From contig DGOV01000094.1 in assembly GCA_002390205.1 (NCBI GenBank), positions 2,251-66,250 on the forward strand: 64,000 bases of DNA, read 5' to 3'. Made by a program: the position numbers and the translations under genes. Below, in pieces: positions 46,997-58,204 of the stretch. The DNA comes from Proteobacteria bacterium UBA4457 (GTDB lineage Bacteria; Pseudomonadota; Gammaproteobacteria; Ga0077536). Below the pieces are notes generated by a model. That model had not been told where the DNA came from, searched no databases, and saw only the letters and a list, made by a program, of their open reading frames with translations. Within the stretch, counting starts at the first letter, position 1. Every line of letters begins with the position of its first letter.

Positions 46997-47488
46997 GTGA
47001 ATCGTACGTTACATATTCTTTCAAATTTGGCTTTTTTCTTACTAGTTGGCTATTTGCTTTCTAGTTGCTCTAGTGTCAACCACTTAACTGAGATGGCTCG
47101 GGCCGAAGTTTCTGTTCATTCTGATTCGTTCAAAATACTTATTCCGACGAAAAAAGACTCCCGAGTACTTTCGTTTGAAGCTGGAACGACTGGTTACGCC
47201 AAAAATGTGCGATATGGATATTTTGAGGAGGCTTTGAAATCAGTTCGGAAGCGCTCGGGGAATCCGTCAGACTTGTCACTGGAGAGGGTGAATTCATATC
47301 GTGTTCACACTTATGAAGTACTTAGCTCACTAGTTGCGGATAATGGTCGGGAAGGCTTCGTTACTGTAAAAATTGATTATTACCCGATTGATACCGGCGT
47401 TATCAAAATGGTTATCGACCATCAGAAGTGGTGGTTTGGAGATACTACACAAACATGGTACCTGGAGCATTTTTTCTTGGCAGACTAG
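46997..47488 (+). CDS. Hypothetical lipoprotein
   Basis: It has a signal peptide with a lipobox-like LLSSC. It is 163 aa and I recognise no family. Confidence 0.5.
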   Translation: MNRTLHILSNLAFFLLVGYLLSSCSSVNHLTEMARAEVSVHSDSFKILIPTKKDSRVLSFEAGTTGYAKNVRYGYFEEALKSVRKRSGNPSDLSLERVNSYRVHTYEVLSSLVADNGREGFVTVKIDYYPIDTGVIKMVIDHQKWWFGDTTQTWYLEHFFLAD

Positions 47489-48228
47489 CCTCTTAGGATC
47501 TTGCCTCCATCAACATTCAATATATGTCCTGTAACGTACTGTGCCCCCGCCAAATACCTTACCGCTTGAGCGATGTCTGAAGGTTTCCCTATCCGTTGTA
47601 ACGGCGTTGAATTAATGGCTTCCTTTTGAGTTTTACTATCTTCACTTGATGCCCATAGAATTGCCCCTGGTGCGACACAATTTACCCGGATTTCTGGCGC
47701 AAGGTCTATGGCAAGAGACCTTGAAATTGATACTAAACCGGCTTTTGAAGCACAGTAAGCGGTATAGTCTTTTCTTGGCCGCTCGGCATTGATGTCCGTA
47801 ATATTAATAATTGATCCCTTGCTCTTTCTTAGTAAAGAAGCGGCCTGAATCGCAAGTAAGTAAGGAGTCCTCAGATTAATAGTCTGCATTTGATCCCAGA
47901 GCTCGCTTACATTTCCACTGTTAATTCCAGAAGAACTTTTAAAAATAGAAGCATTATTGACGAGGAGATCAAGTCGCTGAGACTGCTGAAGTAACTTGTC
48001 GATAAGGTTTTTCGCTGCACTTTCATGACTAAGATCTTGTTCTACTGTGAATGCTGAGGCCGCGCGTTTATCATTCAATACGGCCGCTAATTCGTAAGCC
48101 TCATGTCGAGACATATGGAAATGGATCGCTATGTTATAACCTTCATCGTGTAACTCGGTCGCGATAGCTGCGCCGATACGTTTGGCAGCTCCGGTAACTA
48201 GCGCTAAAGGCGTGTTGGTATCAGGCAT
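47485..48228 (-). CDS. Pteridine reductase-like SDR (FolM/PTR1-like)
   Basis: It has ALVTGAAKRIGAAIA, NNAS, and Y..SKAG motifs. It lies in a folate-gene neighbourhood. Confidence 0.7.
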   Translation of the reverse strand: MPDTNTPLALVTGAAKRIGAAIATELHDEGYNIAIHFHMSRHEAYELAAVLNDKRAASAFTVEQDLSHESAAKNLIDKLLQQSQRLDLLVNNASIFKSSSGINSGNVSELWDQMQTINLRTPYLLAIQAASLLRKSKGSIINITDINAERPRKDYTAYCASKAGLVSISRSLAIDLAPEIRVNCVAPGAILWASSEDSKTQKEAINSTPLQRIGKPSDIAQAVRYLAGAQYVTGHILNVDGGKILRG

Positions 48229-48273
48229 GATTTTGATAACTCCCAGAACACTCGATTAGAAGATGTAAAACGA

Positions 48274-49446
48274 ATGACACAAATAGATTTAAGCTTACAT
48301 GATATCCCACCAAAAGATCTAGAACGGTCAAAGGCTGTATACGAGCACGTACTTCATGTGCTCGGTCGGTGTTCGGGCGGAGTGCTTCCATTTGATAGGT
48401 TCATGGATCTAGTACTTTATAGTGAACATGGTTACTACACTGCGGAAAACAAAATTTTTGGTCTAACAGGTGATTTTGTGACCGCTCCTGAAAGCGGAGA
48501 GCTTTTTGGACGGTGTCTAGGAAGCCAATGTTTTGAGATTCTTCAAAGCATTCCTGGAGACATCATCGAATACGGTGCCGGAACTGGCCGTCTAGCAGCC
48601 ACTATACTTAGGGAATATCTAAAAAAGCACGCTGTCTTAGATTTCAACTATATTATCGTGGAGCCTAGTCGGAGCCTAAGAGCTAGGCAGAAAAGGCTTA
48701 TAGCTGAAGAAATGCCCGAGCAGCTTGAGCGTATTAAATGGCTGACAGAACATCCTCGAGATGAGTTCAAGGGCGTAATTATTGCTAACGAAGTTTTTGA
48801 TGCCATGCCTGCAAAAAGATTTGTCGTATCTAAGACTGGTATTCAAGAAATGGGCGTTAGCTTACAAAATGGTCAGTTAGACTGGGCAATTATGGATTGC
48901 GCTGTTCCCGAAAAGGTACGGGCGCTTCTGGGAAAGCATCCTTTAGGTTACTGTGCTGACTTGATTCAGGGGATGGAAAGCTGGTTCAGGAGTATTAAGG
49001 ATTACTTTAAGCAAGGGGTCTTAATTGTCAGCGACTATGGCTATGGGGAGGCCGAATTTTTTCACCATCAACGGGTAGATGGCACATTACAATGTCACTT
49101 CAGACATCAAGTACACGATAATCCGTTTCAGCTTTTTGGGCTCCAAGATCTCACAGCTTCAGTAAACTTCACTGAATTAGCGGAACGTGCTGACCATGTT
49201 GGGATGTGCGTGGAAGGTTACACGAGCCAGGCTCATTTCCTAATCGGGAGCAAGATTCAGGAAATGATCGGCGAGACAAGTGATGAGGATTTAGCTGAAA
49301 CGTATAAGTTGGCGCAAGAAGCTAAGCGATTACTTTTACCTACTCACATGGGAGAAAATTTCAAGTTCATGGCCTTATGCCGTAATATTGATCCCTCCAT
49401 GAAGATGTCAGGTTTCATGCACGATGAACGATATAGATTAGGTTGA
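48274..49446 (+). CDS. SAM-dependent methyltransferase, DUF185/MidA (NDUFAF7-like) family
   Basis: It has FDRFMDLVLYSEHGYYT, FVTAPE, and EYGAGTGRLA motifs. The length is 390 aa. Confidence 0.8.
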   Translation: MTQIDLSLHDIPPKDLERSKAVYEHVLHVLGRCSGGVLPFDRFMDLVLYSEHGYYTAENKIFGLTGDFVTAPESGELFGRCLGSQCFEILQSIPGDIIEYGAGTGRLAATILREYLKKHAVLDFNYIIVEPSRSLRARQKRLIAEEMPEQLERIKWLTEHPRDEFKGVIIANEVFDAMPAKRFVVSKTGIQEMGVSLQNGQLDWAIMDCAVPEKVRALLGKHPLGYCADLIQGMESWFRSIKDYFKQGVLIVSDYGYGEAEFFHHQRVDGTLQCHFRHQVHDNPFQLFGLQDLTASVNFTELAERADHVGMCVEGYTSQAHFLIGSKIQEMIGETSDEDLAETYKLAQEAKRLLLPTHMGENFKFMALCRNIDPSMKMSGFMHDERYRLG

Positions 49447-49467
49447 GCGTATAAAGGCATAGAGACT

Positions 49468-50268
49468 GTGGACATAGCGCAAATAATTATTCTATCGCTT
49501 GTACAGGGGTTTACTGAGTTCCTTCCGATATCTAGTAGTGCGCATCTTATTTTGATTCCAATCGTAACAGGCTGGAGAGATCAAGGCATGAGCTTTGACC
49601 TAGCTGCACACTTAGGGACCTTGATAGCAGTCTCAATATTTTTTAGAGACGATTTGAAGAAATTAATATACGCCGCTCCTGGTATACGCAAAAGGGACGC
49701 TTCTTTTCCTGACTATAAAAATTTGCTGCACATGTTTCTTATTGCGACTATTCCCGTAATGATCGTAGGATTTTTCGGTCAGGATTTTGTCAGAACTGAG
49801 CTTAGAGATGCTCACATCATTGCAACTTCGACCGTCTTCTTCGCCGTAGTTTTATGGGTAGCTGATATTTATGGAAAGCGAGAGCGAGAGATTTTCAATC
49901 TCAACTCGCGTGATGCCTTGCTTATTGGCCTAGCTCAAGCAGGTGCTTTAGTCCCTGGAGTATCAAGATCTGGAATAACGATTTCGTTGGCTCTAATGCT
50001 AGGATTTTCCAGAGAGGCCGCATCCCGGTTCTCTTTTCTACTTGCGATCCCTGTCATTCTGGCCGCCGTAAGTTTAGAATTTATTACTATTGTTACCTCA
50101 GCTCGTGAAATGCATTGGGGGTTTTTGTGCCTGACTACAGCAGTTTCTGCCGCTGGTGCTTACCTTTGCATAGCTATTTTTCTGTCCCTTATTGAGAAGA
50201 TAGGTATGTTGCCGTTTGTTATTTATCGATTACTGCTTGGAGCTGCTTTGTTCGTGTATTTAGTATGA
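49468..50268 (+). CDS. uppP: Undecaprenyl-diphosphate phosphatase
   Basis: It has the GFTEFLPISSSAHL and PGVSRSG motifs. The length is 266 aa. Confidence 0.92.
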   Translation: MDIAQIIILSLVQGFTEFLPISSSAHLILIPIVTGWRDQGMSFDLAAHLGTLIAVSIFFRDDLKKLIYAAPGIRKRDASFPDYKNLLHMFLIATIPVMIVGFFGQDFVRTELRDAHIIATSTVFFAVVLWVADIYGKREREIFNLNSRDALLIGLAQAGALVPGVSRSGITISLALMLGFSREAASRFSFLLAIPVILAAVSLEFITIVTSAREMHWGFLCLTTAVSAAGAYLCIAIFLSLIEKIGMLPFVIYRLLLGAALFVYLV

Positions 50269-50939
50269 ATAAATTATTTTCTAAGAAATTCAGTATATAT
50301 ATAAAGTTTAATCTATACGTTAGAGAACGTTTCTCAAACCTTCCAACATTCCGCTTTTTTCCTATTTTCGTGTTCCTGTTGTCAAGCTTTTATTCGATTT
50401 GTTGGGCTAACAGTAATTCTAATACCGCAATTTTTGCCGGCGGATGTTTTTGGTGTATGGAGTATCCTTTTGACCGGTTGGAAGGTGTGTTATCTACGAA
50501 GTCGGGCTATACCGGTGGAGTTTCTCCTAACCCAACCTATGAGATAGTCTCTGGCGGTATGAGCGGCCACGTTGAAGTCGTGCAAGTTGTTTTTGATCCA
50601 ACTAAAATTTCTTATGAACAATTATTAGAGGTTTATTGGAAAAATATTGATCCATTTCAGGGGAACGGACAATTTTGTGACTTCGGTTTGCAGTATAAGG
50701 CTATCATTTTCGTTAATAGTTCTGTTCAGAAGTTAATAGCTGAGGAATCTCGCGAAAATCTGGAGAAATCTTATTTCGGAAACGAAGCAATTGTTGTTGA
50801 AATTCGCCCAGTTTCAGTATTTTTTGAAGCCGAGACATACCATCAAGATTACTATCAAAAGAACCCTATAAGATATAAATTATATCGGTATCGGTGTGGA
50901 CGTGACCAAAGGCTAAGAGAATTATGGGGCTCTCAGTAA
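50265..50939 (+). CDS. msrA: Peptide-methionine (S)-S-oxide reductase MsrA with N-terminal hydrophobic leader
   Basis: It has the GGCFWCME active site and the YHQDYY motif. About 50 extra N-terminal residues include FFPIFVFLLSSFYSICWA. An ATGA overlap joins it to uppP. Confidence 0.9.
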   Translation: MNKLFSKKFSIYIKFNLYVRERFSNLPTFRFFPIFVFLLSSFYSICWANSNSNTAIFAGGCFWCMEYPFDRLEGVLSTKSGYTGGVSPNPTYEIVSGGMSGHVEVVQVVFDPTKISYEQLLEVYWKNIDPFQGNGQFCDFGLQYKAIIFVNSSVQKLIAEESRENLEKSYFGNEAIVVEIRPVSVFFEAETYHQDYYQKNPIRYKLYRYRCGRDQRLRELWGSQ

Positions 50940-50946
50940 TCTGCTG

Positions 50947-52137
50947 TCATATTGCTAAAAAAATTTTCTCGAACCTCGCATCACGTATCTCTTTAGCGAA
51001 ATCAAGGCCTCTAAGTCCTCGCATAACGAACTCCGATGTGTCAACTTTGGCGCTTGCTTCAAGAGTATTTACAATCACGCTCGGAGGAATACAACGATTC
51101 GTGAACTGCCGATTTAACAGTTTTTCCTCCACTATATAGGCGGACAAAGATTCTTTGAAAATTGATGGGTTACGATAAGCATCAGTGTTTTCAAATAAAG
51201 AAATGAGAGCGGAGGCAGAATACCGTTTATCACCAGTTGGTATAGGATTTATCTTGGCAAGATTGATCGCCGTTTTCTTGTACAGTGCGGGTGTGCGTAT
51301 GGAATCGCAGAAAGTGTCTATTTTGTAATAGTCAGTCGGAAGCGTCCCTTCTGGGTTGGGATAGGGTGTTTTTGACAGATATTGTGCAAGCAATGCAAAA
51401 ATTGCTGGTGGAGTGAGATGCGCTTCCACTCCAGCCGCGATGCTATCGATAATATGCTTTCTTAAGGACTGCCCAGTGTAAGGAAAATTTAGCACATCGT
51501 ATTCAAATAGGCTCGCAATTTCTGGAAAGACGTGAGTTAGCGCATCACATTCTTCGAGGACTTCAAAAAAGCGTTGGGGATAAAAAGTTTCTAGTACTTT
51601 TTGAACTTCTCTCCACAGGCGCTCTTTCTTTAACGAAGACAGCTCACCAGAGAAGGCGATCTTGCGCATTAATACGATTGTCTTAGGTGACACTGTGAAA
51701 TTAAGCTTGGCACAAAATCTTGCCCCCCGTATGACACGCAGAGGATCTTCAGAAAATGCCTCTGTTACATGGCGCAGAATTTCTTTTTTAAGATCCTCTT
51801 GACCACAAAAAGGGTCATTTATTTCCCCGTCTTGATCTAAAGCCATTGCATTAATTGTGAAGTCTCTTCTCGCTAAATCTTCTTCTAAGGTAACGTCGGG
51901 AGAGAAGAAAGTATCGAATCCTGCGTATCCTGGACCTGTCTTCCGTTCCGTGCGCGCAAGCGCATATTCTTCGTGAGTTTCGGGATGTAGGAAGACTGGG
52001 AAATCCTTTCCTATTTTCTTATACCCTAGTTTGAGAAGTTCTTCTGGAGTAGATCCGATCACTACCCAATCTTGATCTTGTACTGGTATATTAAGCAGTC
52101 CATCGCGCACTGCACCACCTACTTTATAAATTTTCAT
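50947..52137 (-). CDS. cca: CCA tRNA nucleotidyltransferase
   Basis: It has [12 protein letters not shown]..., and the DFTINA and RF motifs of class II nucleotidyltransferases. The length is 396 aa. Confidence 0.9.
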   Translation of the reverse strand: MKIYKVGGAVRDGLLNIPVQDQDWVVIGSTPEELLKLGYKKIGKDFPVFLHPETHEEYALARTERKTGPGYAGFDTFFSPDVTLEEDLARRDFTINAMALDQDGEINDPFCGQEDLKKEILRHVTEAFSEDPLRVIRGARFCAKLNFTVSPKTIVLMRKIAFSGELSSLKKERLWREVQKVLETFYPQRFFEVLEECDALTHVFPEIASLFEYDVLNFPYTGQSLRKHIIDSIAAGVEAHLTPPAIFALLAQYLSKTPYPNPEGTLPTDYYKIDTFCDSIRTPALYKKTAINLAKINPIPTGDKRYSASALISLFENTDAYRNPSIFKESLSAYIVEEKLLNRQFTNRCIPPSVIVNTLEASAKVDTSEFVMRGLRGLDFAKEIRDARFEKIFLAI

Positions 52138-52184
52138 TTTTTTCTTTACTGATCGTCTCTACCTATCAGGTATTGTTTCCGTAC

Positions 52185-53132
52185 TCATTCAGAACTAAGG
52201 TAGGTAGGAAGAATATTTTTCATAGAAGTAGACTGTATTTCTATTCTCTCACCGGTGGTCGTTGCACTAGAAGGGCAAATAGAATCTTTGCTAAGAGATC
52301 GTAAATTGTCTCGAGAAAACGGTTTCCCAGGAACATACTCAAGAAAATTAGCTTGTAAGCAAGAGAGAAAATTTGACAGAGGAATTACTGTAGTCTTCTG
52401 GCCTGTTATATCGGCGATTAAAGATAAAATTTCTTTCAGCGTATATATTTCTGGACCACCAACGTGAATAGTCGAAACTCCTTGGTCAGGTTTCTCTATA
52501 CATTTAAAGATGAGGGCTGTGAGATCACCGACATATACAGGTTGAAATTTAACATCCCCTTTTGCGAGAGGAAAAAACAAAGGCATATATTTTAGAAGTG
52601 ATGCGAACTTATTTGTAAATACGTCTTTATCACCAAAAATAACAGAAGGTTTTATTATCGTAATATTATTGGGAAATGCCGTAGGCAAACCTGAGCTATT
52701 ATTGAAGGTGTTTTTCAATAAATCTTCAGCCAGTCCCTTGCTCTTGAGGTAAAAGCTATTACCGTTAACGTCAGCATTCAGGGCGCTAATTTGGACGAAA
52801 TTACTGATTCGTGCGGCGGCACATGCGGATAATATGTTTTCAAGCGTCCTAACATGGGCATGGATAAATTCTTTTCCGTTGTCTTTTTTTTCGTTGAGTA
52901 TGCCTATTAGATTGACTATAGAAGAGCAGCCTGAAAGAGCCTCAGCAAGGTGTTTTTGGTTTTCTAGATCAATCTCTATAATTTCTATGCTAGTGTTCAT
53001 CCAGAGGTGTCGAGTATCTTTTCGACGTCTTGTGAACACACGAATGGCATATCCTTGCTTGGCTAGAAAAAAGGCAAGGCTTTGTCCTACGAACCCACTG
53101 CCACCGAATAAACCAATAACTTTCTGCTTCAT
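52185..53132 (-). CDS. NAD(P)H-binding protein, NDUFA9/NmrA-like atypical SDR
   Basis: It has an N-terminal GGSGFVG Rossmann motif. The length is 315 aa. Confidence 0.7.
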   Translation of the reverse strand: MKQKVIGLFGGSGFVGQSLAFFLAKQGYAIRVFTRRRKDTRHLWMNTSIEIIEIDLENQKHLAEALSGCSSIVNLIGILNEKKDNGKEFIHAHVRTLENILSACAAARISNFVQISALNADVNGNSFYLKSKGLAEDLLKNTFNNSSGLPTAFPNNITIIKPSVIFGDKDVFTNKFASLLKYMPLFFPLAKGDVKFQPVYVGDLTALIFKCIEKPDQGVSTIHVGGPEIYTLKEILSLIADITGQKTTVIPLSNFLSCLQANFLEYVPGKPFSRDNLRSLSKDSICPSSATTTGERIEIQSTSMKNILPTYLSSE

Positions 53133-53329
53133 GTGTTCACGCCTCTAAATTCTTAAATTGTCCCTAGTCGATATGGTATTCTGAGATTATAATTGATGCT
53201 TCGTTTCTTAGCATTAGTTTCTCTGCAAAACTGTGACCTGAATAATGCTTTTGATATGCTTTGAAAGCTTCTGCTTCTTTACAACTATTTTTTTACTGAA
53301 GCGCACTCTCAACGTTAGAGGACGAAAAA

Positions 53330-53875
53330 TTGAGTATAGCCGATATAATTTTGAATCGCCGCACTATTCACACGTTTAAAAAAGAAAAAGTTCCCGACAC
53401 TTTAATCGAAGAAGCGTTGCGGACCTCGAGATGGGCACCTAATCACTACCTAACGGAACCTTGGCGCTTCTATTTGTTAGGCAATCAGGCAAAGAGCAAA
53501 ATTATAGAAGTAAATTCCATGCTAATTACGTGTGCGAAAGGTGAGCATGTAGCTGCTATAAAAAGTCGGCGGTGGTCGGCAGTACCTGGATGGTTAGTCA
53601 TGACTTTTCCAAAAAGTCACGATGAGAAGAAACAGCTCGAGGATTATGCCGCCTGTTGTTGTGTCGCTCAGAATTTCATGCTGTATTTATGGGAGCAAGG
53701 CGTTGGAGTTAAATGGACTACTGGCGAAGTGATTTCGACTATCGAATTTGCTCAAGCTGTGGGCTTTGATAGCGACGCAGAACGCCCAGTTGGGCTTTTT
53801 TGGTATGGTTTTCCTGAGCAAGTAGGAACCCAGATGAGAAAGCCTCTTGAGGATAGCTTACGGCATGTCCTTTAG
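53330..53875 (+). CDS. Nitroreductase family protein
   Basis: It has RRTIHTFK and SRWAPNHYLTEPWRF motifs. The length is 181 aa. Confidence 0.8.
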   Translation: MSIADIILNRRTIHTFKKEKVPDTLIEEALRTSRWAPNHYLTEPWRFYLLGNQAKSKIIEVNSMLITCAKGEHVAAIKSRRWSAVPGWLVMTFPKSHDEKKQLEDYAACCCVAQNFMLYLWEQGVGVKWTTGEVISTIEFAQAVGFDSDAERPVGLFWYGFPEQVGTQMRKPLEDSLRHVL

Positions 53876-53942
53876 AGCTTTCCGAAACGCTTATAAATTA
53901 GTTTAAAGGACTCCGTTATTTTTAATTAGAGTCTCCCACGCT

Positions 53943-55052
53943 CTACTGTTCGGCTCCGGCCGATAAAGCTCTTTCTAATATCGCTTTTCGCAACTCTTCC
54001 GTTTGATCGGATGATCCAAGCCAATTTCCCAAGTGCCCAGTAATGATTTCATGTAATAGCGAAATATGCCCGTTTGATTCGTTAAGAGCGGGTATATAAT
54101 TTAGCTTTTCACCTCCATGTCGACGGAAGTTCTCTTGATTAAGAATCATTATTTCTTCCAAGGTTTCAAGGCAATCTACTGCGAACCCTGGACAGATCAC
54201 GTCTACTTTTTTTAGACCTTCATCTCCCCATTCCATAAGGGTTTTATCAGTATATGGCTCTAACCATTCTTTGGGGCCTACCCGAGACTGAAAAGTGATT
54301 TTCCATTCATTTGGCTTCAAACGGAGTTGTTCAGTAACCAATCGTGCAGTTGCTTGGCATTGACAATAGTAAGGGTCTCCCGCTAAAAATGTATCTTTAG
54401 GTATACCGTGGAAAGATAATAATAGACGTTCACTCCTCCCGTTTTTAGACCAATGCGTGAGGATTGAGTCGCAGATAGCGTCTATATAGGCCCGATTCTG
54501 GTGATAATCCGAAGCGAATCGGATTTCTGGAACCCATCTTAGAGTTTTACAGTGGTTAAATACCGCATCATATGTGGAAGCTGTAGTAGCAGATGCATAT
54601 TGTGGATACATTGGAAAAATCAGAATACGCCTTACATTTTTGTTTCGAAGCTCGTCAATACCATCGGATATTGACGGATTGCCGTACCTCATGCCAAGGG
54701 CATATTCTATTTCGGAGTAGCCTGCCTCTTTTGAGAGAAAGTCTAATTTCGAGACTACTTTTTTAGACGAAGTGAGAAGTGGGGAGCCTCCCTTTTCCCA
54801 GATACTTAGGTAGGCCCGCGCAGATTTCCTAGGACGAGTGTTGAGAATTACTCCATGTAAAATGGGCCACCATATCCAGCGAGGTAACTCGACGATTCTT
54901 GGATCGCTTAAAAATTGAGCGAGGTAGGTTTTAACTGCTTTTTTAGTTGGGGCATCTGGAGTACCTAGATTACACATTAAAACCCCAGTCTTGGTATTCT
55001 GCCCATGGGCAAAGTTATGTGTGCCTGAAAATTTTTCCATTCGGTGACCCAT
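53943..55052 (-). CDS. hemH: Ferrochelatase
   Basis: It has GVLMCNLGTPDAP, FPMYPQYS and SFHGIP motifs. An alternative start lies at 55040. Confidence 0.92.
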   Translation of the reverse strand: MGHRMEKFSGTHNFAHGQNTKTGVLMCNLGTPDAPTKKAVKTYLAQFLSDPRIVELPRWIWWPILHGVILNTRPRKSARAYLSIWEKGGSPLLTSSKKVVSKLDFLSKEAGYSEIEYALGMRYGNPSISDGIDELRNKNVRRILIFPMYPQYASATTASTYDAVFNHCKTLRWVPEIRFASDYHQNRAYIDAICDSILTHWSKNGRSERLLLSFHGIPKDTFLAGDPYYCQCQATARLVTEQLRLKPNEWKITFQSRVGPKEWLEPYTDKTLMEWGDEGLKKVDVICPGFAVDCLETLEEIMILNQENFRRHGGEKLNYIPALNESNGHISLLHEIITGHLGNWLGSSDQTEELRKAILERALSAGAEQ

Positions 55053-55270
55053 TTTGACTTGTTGAAAAAGTAAAACTCTATAGCTGCTTTTATTTTTTCT
55101 AGCTTATGTTACGCTAATTTACATTAAATTTTTGGTTCACAAAGGTTCTTTCCCTACCGAATCTATTTCTTCGTAGATTAAGCAGTTGCATTAGCCTGGG
55201 GCCGTCTATTTGAAAGATGCGGACATAAAAAAATTGATTTGGGAATAGAGACTTAGGAGGGAGATGAACT

Positions 55271-55870
55271 GTGAATTTCTGTAGTAAGTGCGGTTCTGCC
55301 AGGATCGAGAGAACGATCCCTTCGGGTGAGGATCGGGCACGTGATGTCTGTGGTGAATGCGGTGAGGTTTTTTATCAAAATCCTAAAATAGTTGCAGGTT
55401 GTATTCCAATATGGAAGGACAAGATCCTCCTATGCAAGAGAGCCATAGAGCCTCGCTATGGCTGGTGGACTCTTCCAGCCGGTTATATGGAGAATGGTGA
55501 AACTATTGCTGAAGGGGCAAAACGGGAAACTGCAGAAGAAGCATGTGCTGATGTGGTCGTCCAGCAACTATTTGCGCTCTTTAGTCTTCCTGAGATTAAT
55601 CAGGTCTATATGATTTTCTTATCTCAACTGGCTAACCTGAACTTCTCTCCAGGCTCGGAGAGCTTAGAATGTAAATTATTTTCTGAGACAGAGATCCCTT
55701 GGTCGGAAATAGCATTCCCGACGATTACCCATAGTTTAAAATTCTACTTTGAAGATTTAAAAAGCGGAACTTTTAAACAGCATATTGGAGATATAAAGCG
55801 GAAAGGTGGACAGTTAATTCTCCAACCGCAATTGACGTGGGATAAAACAGAGATACCGAGTCATTGGTAG
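55271..55870 (+). CDS. NUDIX hydrolase with N-terminal zinc ribbon
   Basis: It has CxxC...CxxC (FCSKCGS..CGECGE) followed by the Nudix box GYMENGETIAEGAKRETAEEA. GGAGGG lies upstream of the GTG start. Confidence 0.8.
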   Translation: MNFCSKCGSARIERTIPSGEDRARDVCGECGEVFYQNPKIVAGCIPIWKDKILLCKRAIEPRYGWWTLPAGYMENGETIAEGAKRETAEEACADVVVQQLFALFSLPEINQVYMIFLSQLANLNFSPGSESLECKLFSETEIPWSEIAFPTITHSLKFYFEDLKSGTFKQHIGDIKRKGGQLILQPQLTWDKTEIPSHW

Positions 55871-55917
55871 CTATTTTTAGTGCTTAGAGATTATTTTTGA
55901 AAAGAAGCGAAGTTGCT

Positions 55918-56262
55918 ATGGTCGAGAAAAGTATATTTGAACGGATTATCGACAGGGAACTTTCGGCGAATATAGTGCATGAAGACGAGTTATGTATTGC
56001 TTTTCATGATCTTGACCCTCAAGCGCCGCTGCATGTTTTAATTTGCCCTAAAAAGCGGATAAATATGATCTCTGAGGCTTTGGCGGAGGATCTAGATGTT
56101 CTGGGCCACCTACTTCTTGTAGCACCGGTTGTAGCCGCTGCTGAAGGGTATGCTGATGCCTTTAGGCTGACAATAAATAATGGGTCTGGCGCTGGCCAAA
56201 CTGTTTTTCATTTGCACATTCATTTAATGGCGGGTCGACCTTTTTCTTGGCCTCCAGGGTAA
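55918..56262 (+). CDS. HIT family protein (histidine triad nucleotide-binding)
   Basis: It has the FHLHIHLM histidine triad and an N-terminal IFERII. I prefer the ATG at 55918 to the listed TTG at 55897. Confidence 0.85.
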   Translation: MVEKSIFERIIDRELSANIVHEDELCIAFHDLDPQAPLHVLICPKKRINMISEALAEDLDVLGHLLLVAPVVAAAEGYADAFRLTINNGSGAGQTVFHLHIHLMAGRPFSWPPG

Positions 56263-56299
56263 TTTTATTTCGCAGGGAGTAGCGTTTTGCCCTGTAACT

Positions 56300-57559
56300 T
56301 TATCTCTTCATCGCATCGAAGAACTCAGCGTTATTTTTGGTGGCTTTGAAACGCTCTAGTATAAATTCCATCGCAGCTACCTCTTCCATCGAGTGCAGTA
56401 GCTTTCTAAGGATCCATATTTTTTGCAGCTCGTCAGCTTTAGTCAGAATTTCTTCTCGCCTAGTACCTGAGCGATTGATGTTAACGCTTGGAAATATACG
56501 TTTTTCAGCAACCTTTCTTTCAAGGTGGATTTCCATATTTCCTGTGCCTTTAAACTCTTCGTAAATTACATCATCCATTCGAGAACCAGTATCGACAAGA
56601 GCTGTGGCAATTATTGTTAAACTACCGCCTTCTTCTATATTGCGAGCAGCTCCAAAAAATCGTTTTGGACGTTGCAGAGCGTTTGCATCAACACCTCCTG
56701 TTAAAACCTTACCTGATGATGGGACTACAGTATTGTAGGCCCGCGCCAGACGTGTAATCGAGTCTAGAAGTATGATTACATTTTGCTTGTGTTCTACTAG
56801 TCTTTTTGCCTTTTCAATAACCATCTCTGCAACCTGAACGTGACGGCTGGCTGGCTCATCAAAAGTACTAGCAACTACTTCTCCTCTTACGGAGCGTTGC
56901 ATCTCTGTGACTTCTTCTGGTCTCTCGTCTATCAACAATACAATTAAGTAGCAATCTGGATGATTAACACCTAGGGAGTGAGCAATACTCTGCAGCATCA
57001 TTGTTTTGCCTGCTTTTGGTGGGGAAATTACCAAACCTCTTTGTCCTTTCCCAATTGGGGAGACGAGATCTATGATTCTAGGTGTGAGATCCTCAGTACT
57101 ACCGTTGCCGAGCTCCAGTTGTAATCGTTCCTGTGGGAAGAGCGGTGTCAGATTTTCGAAAAGAACTTTACTCTTAGTGTTTTCAGGTGACTCGAAGTTG
57201 ATTTCTCCAACTTTTAGCAGCGCGAAATATCTTTCACCATCTTTAGGCGGCCTAATTTTCCCGGAGATTGTATCTCCCGTTCTTAGGCTGAAGCGTCTAA
57301 TTTGACTTGGAGATACATAGATGTCATCAGCTCCTGCGAGGTAAGAAGCATCACCGGATCGCAGAAAACCAAACCCGTCCTGTAGGATTTCGAGCACCCC
57401 GTCTCCAGAAATATCTTCTCCTTTTTTTGCTTGTGCTTTAAGGATATTAAAGATTACATCTTGTTTACGGGAACGGCCTGTCCCTTCCACTCCCATTTCT
57501 TCAGATATTATTAGAAGTTCCGATGCTGTTTTTTGTTTTAGTTCTGTAAGATTCATCAT
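56300..57559 (-). CDS. rho: Transcription termination factor Rho
   Basis: It has MNLTELKQK.., the RNA-binding domain (GFGFLR), Walker A (PPKAGKT), and the full 419 aa length. Confidence 0.97.
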   Translation of the reverse strand: MMNLTELKQKTASELLIISEEMGVEGTGRSRKQDVIFNILKAQAKKGEDISGDGVLEILQDGFGFLRSGDASYLAGADDIYVSPSQIRRFSLRTGDTISGKIRPPKDGERYFALLKVGEINFESPENTKSKVLFENLTPLFPQERLQLELGNGSTEDLTPRIIDLVSPIGKGQRGLVISPPKAGKTMMLQSIAHSLGVNHPDCYLIVLLIDERPEEVTEMQRSVRGEVVASTFDEPASRHVQVAEMVIEKAKRLVEHKQNVIILLDSITRLARAYNTVVPSSGKVLTGGVDANALQRPKRFFGAARNIEEGGSLTIIATALVDTGSRMDDVIYEEFKGTGNMEIHLERKVAEKRIFPSVNINRSGTRREEILTKADELQKIWILRKLLHSMEEVAAMEFILERFKATKNNAEFFDAMKR

Positions 57560-57772
57560 GAGATATTTTTGTGAGCTTTTTGTGTGTGATTAGAGTTATT
57601 GGAATTGTAAAAAAGGACGATTCACCGATCAGAGATAACGTTTTTTTCTTTCTTACGGGAAATTATCGGGCGGGTCGCCTGACAACCTGTAGACACAATA
57701 GCACGGAGGTTAAGCGCAGTCTACTATTGCGACACCTCTTATTTTCTGCCACCTAAGGCTGCTTCTTAAGCC

Positions 57773-58099
57773 TTAAATATTACCGTCAATAAAGGCTGTT
57801 AGCTGAGACTTGGAAAGAGCGCCGACTTGGGTAGCAACTACATTTCCATCTTTAAAAATCATCAAACACGGAATGCCTCTAACCCCATATTTCTGAGCAG
57901 TTTCACCATTCTGATCAACATCTAGCTTTGCTATTTTCAATTTATCAGAGTAATCCGGGCCAACCTCGTCTAGAATAGGTGCAATCATTTTGCAGGGTCC
58001 GCACCATTCTGCCCAATAATCGACTAAGACTGGTGTCGCGGATTGAACTACATCTGTGTCGAAAGAGTCGTCAGTAACGTGTAATATTTTGTCGCTCAT
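57773..58099 (-). CDS. trxA: Thioredoxin
   Basis: It has the WCGPCK active site. It is 108 aa and sits upstream of rho as in E. coli. Confidence 0.95.
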   Translation of the reverse strand: MSDKILHVTDDSFDTDVVQSATPVLVDYWAEWCGPCKMIAPILDEVGPDYSDKLKIAKLDVDQNGETAQKYGVRGIPCLMIFKDGNVVATQVGALSKSQLTAFIDGNI

Positions 58100-58204
58100 T
58101 GTAACTTTAGTATTCCTTAGATTTATTCTAATAACTCATTGTCGACCGAACTGAATTAAAAATGCAAGCTCGAAATTAAATGAGCATAGGGCTATTTTGA
58201 TCAT

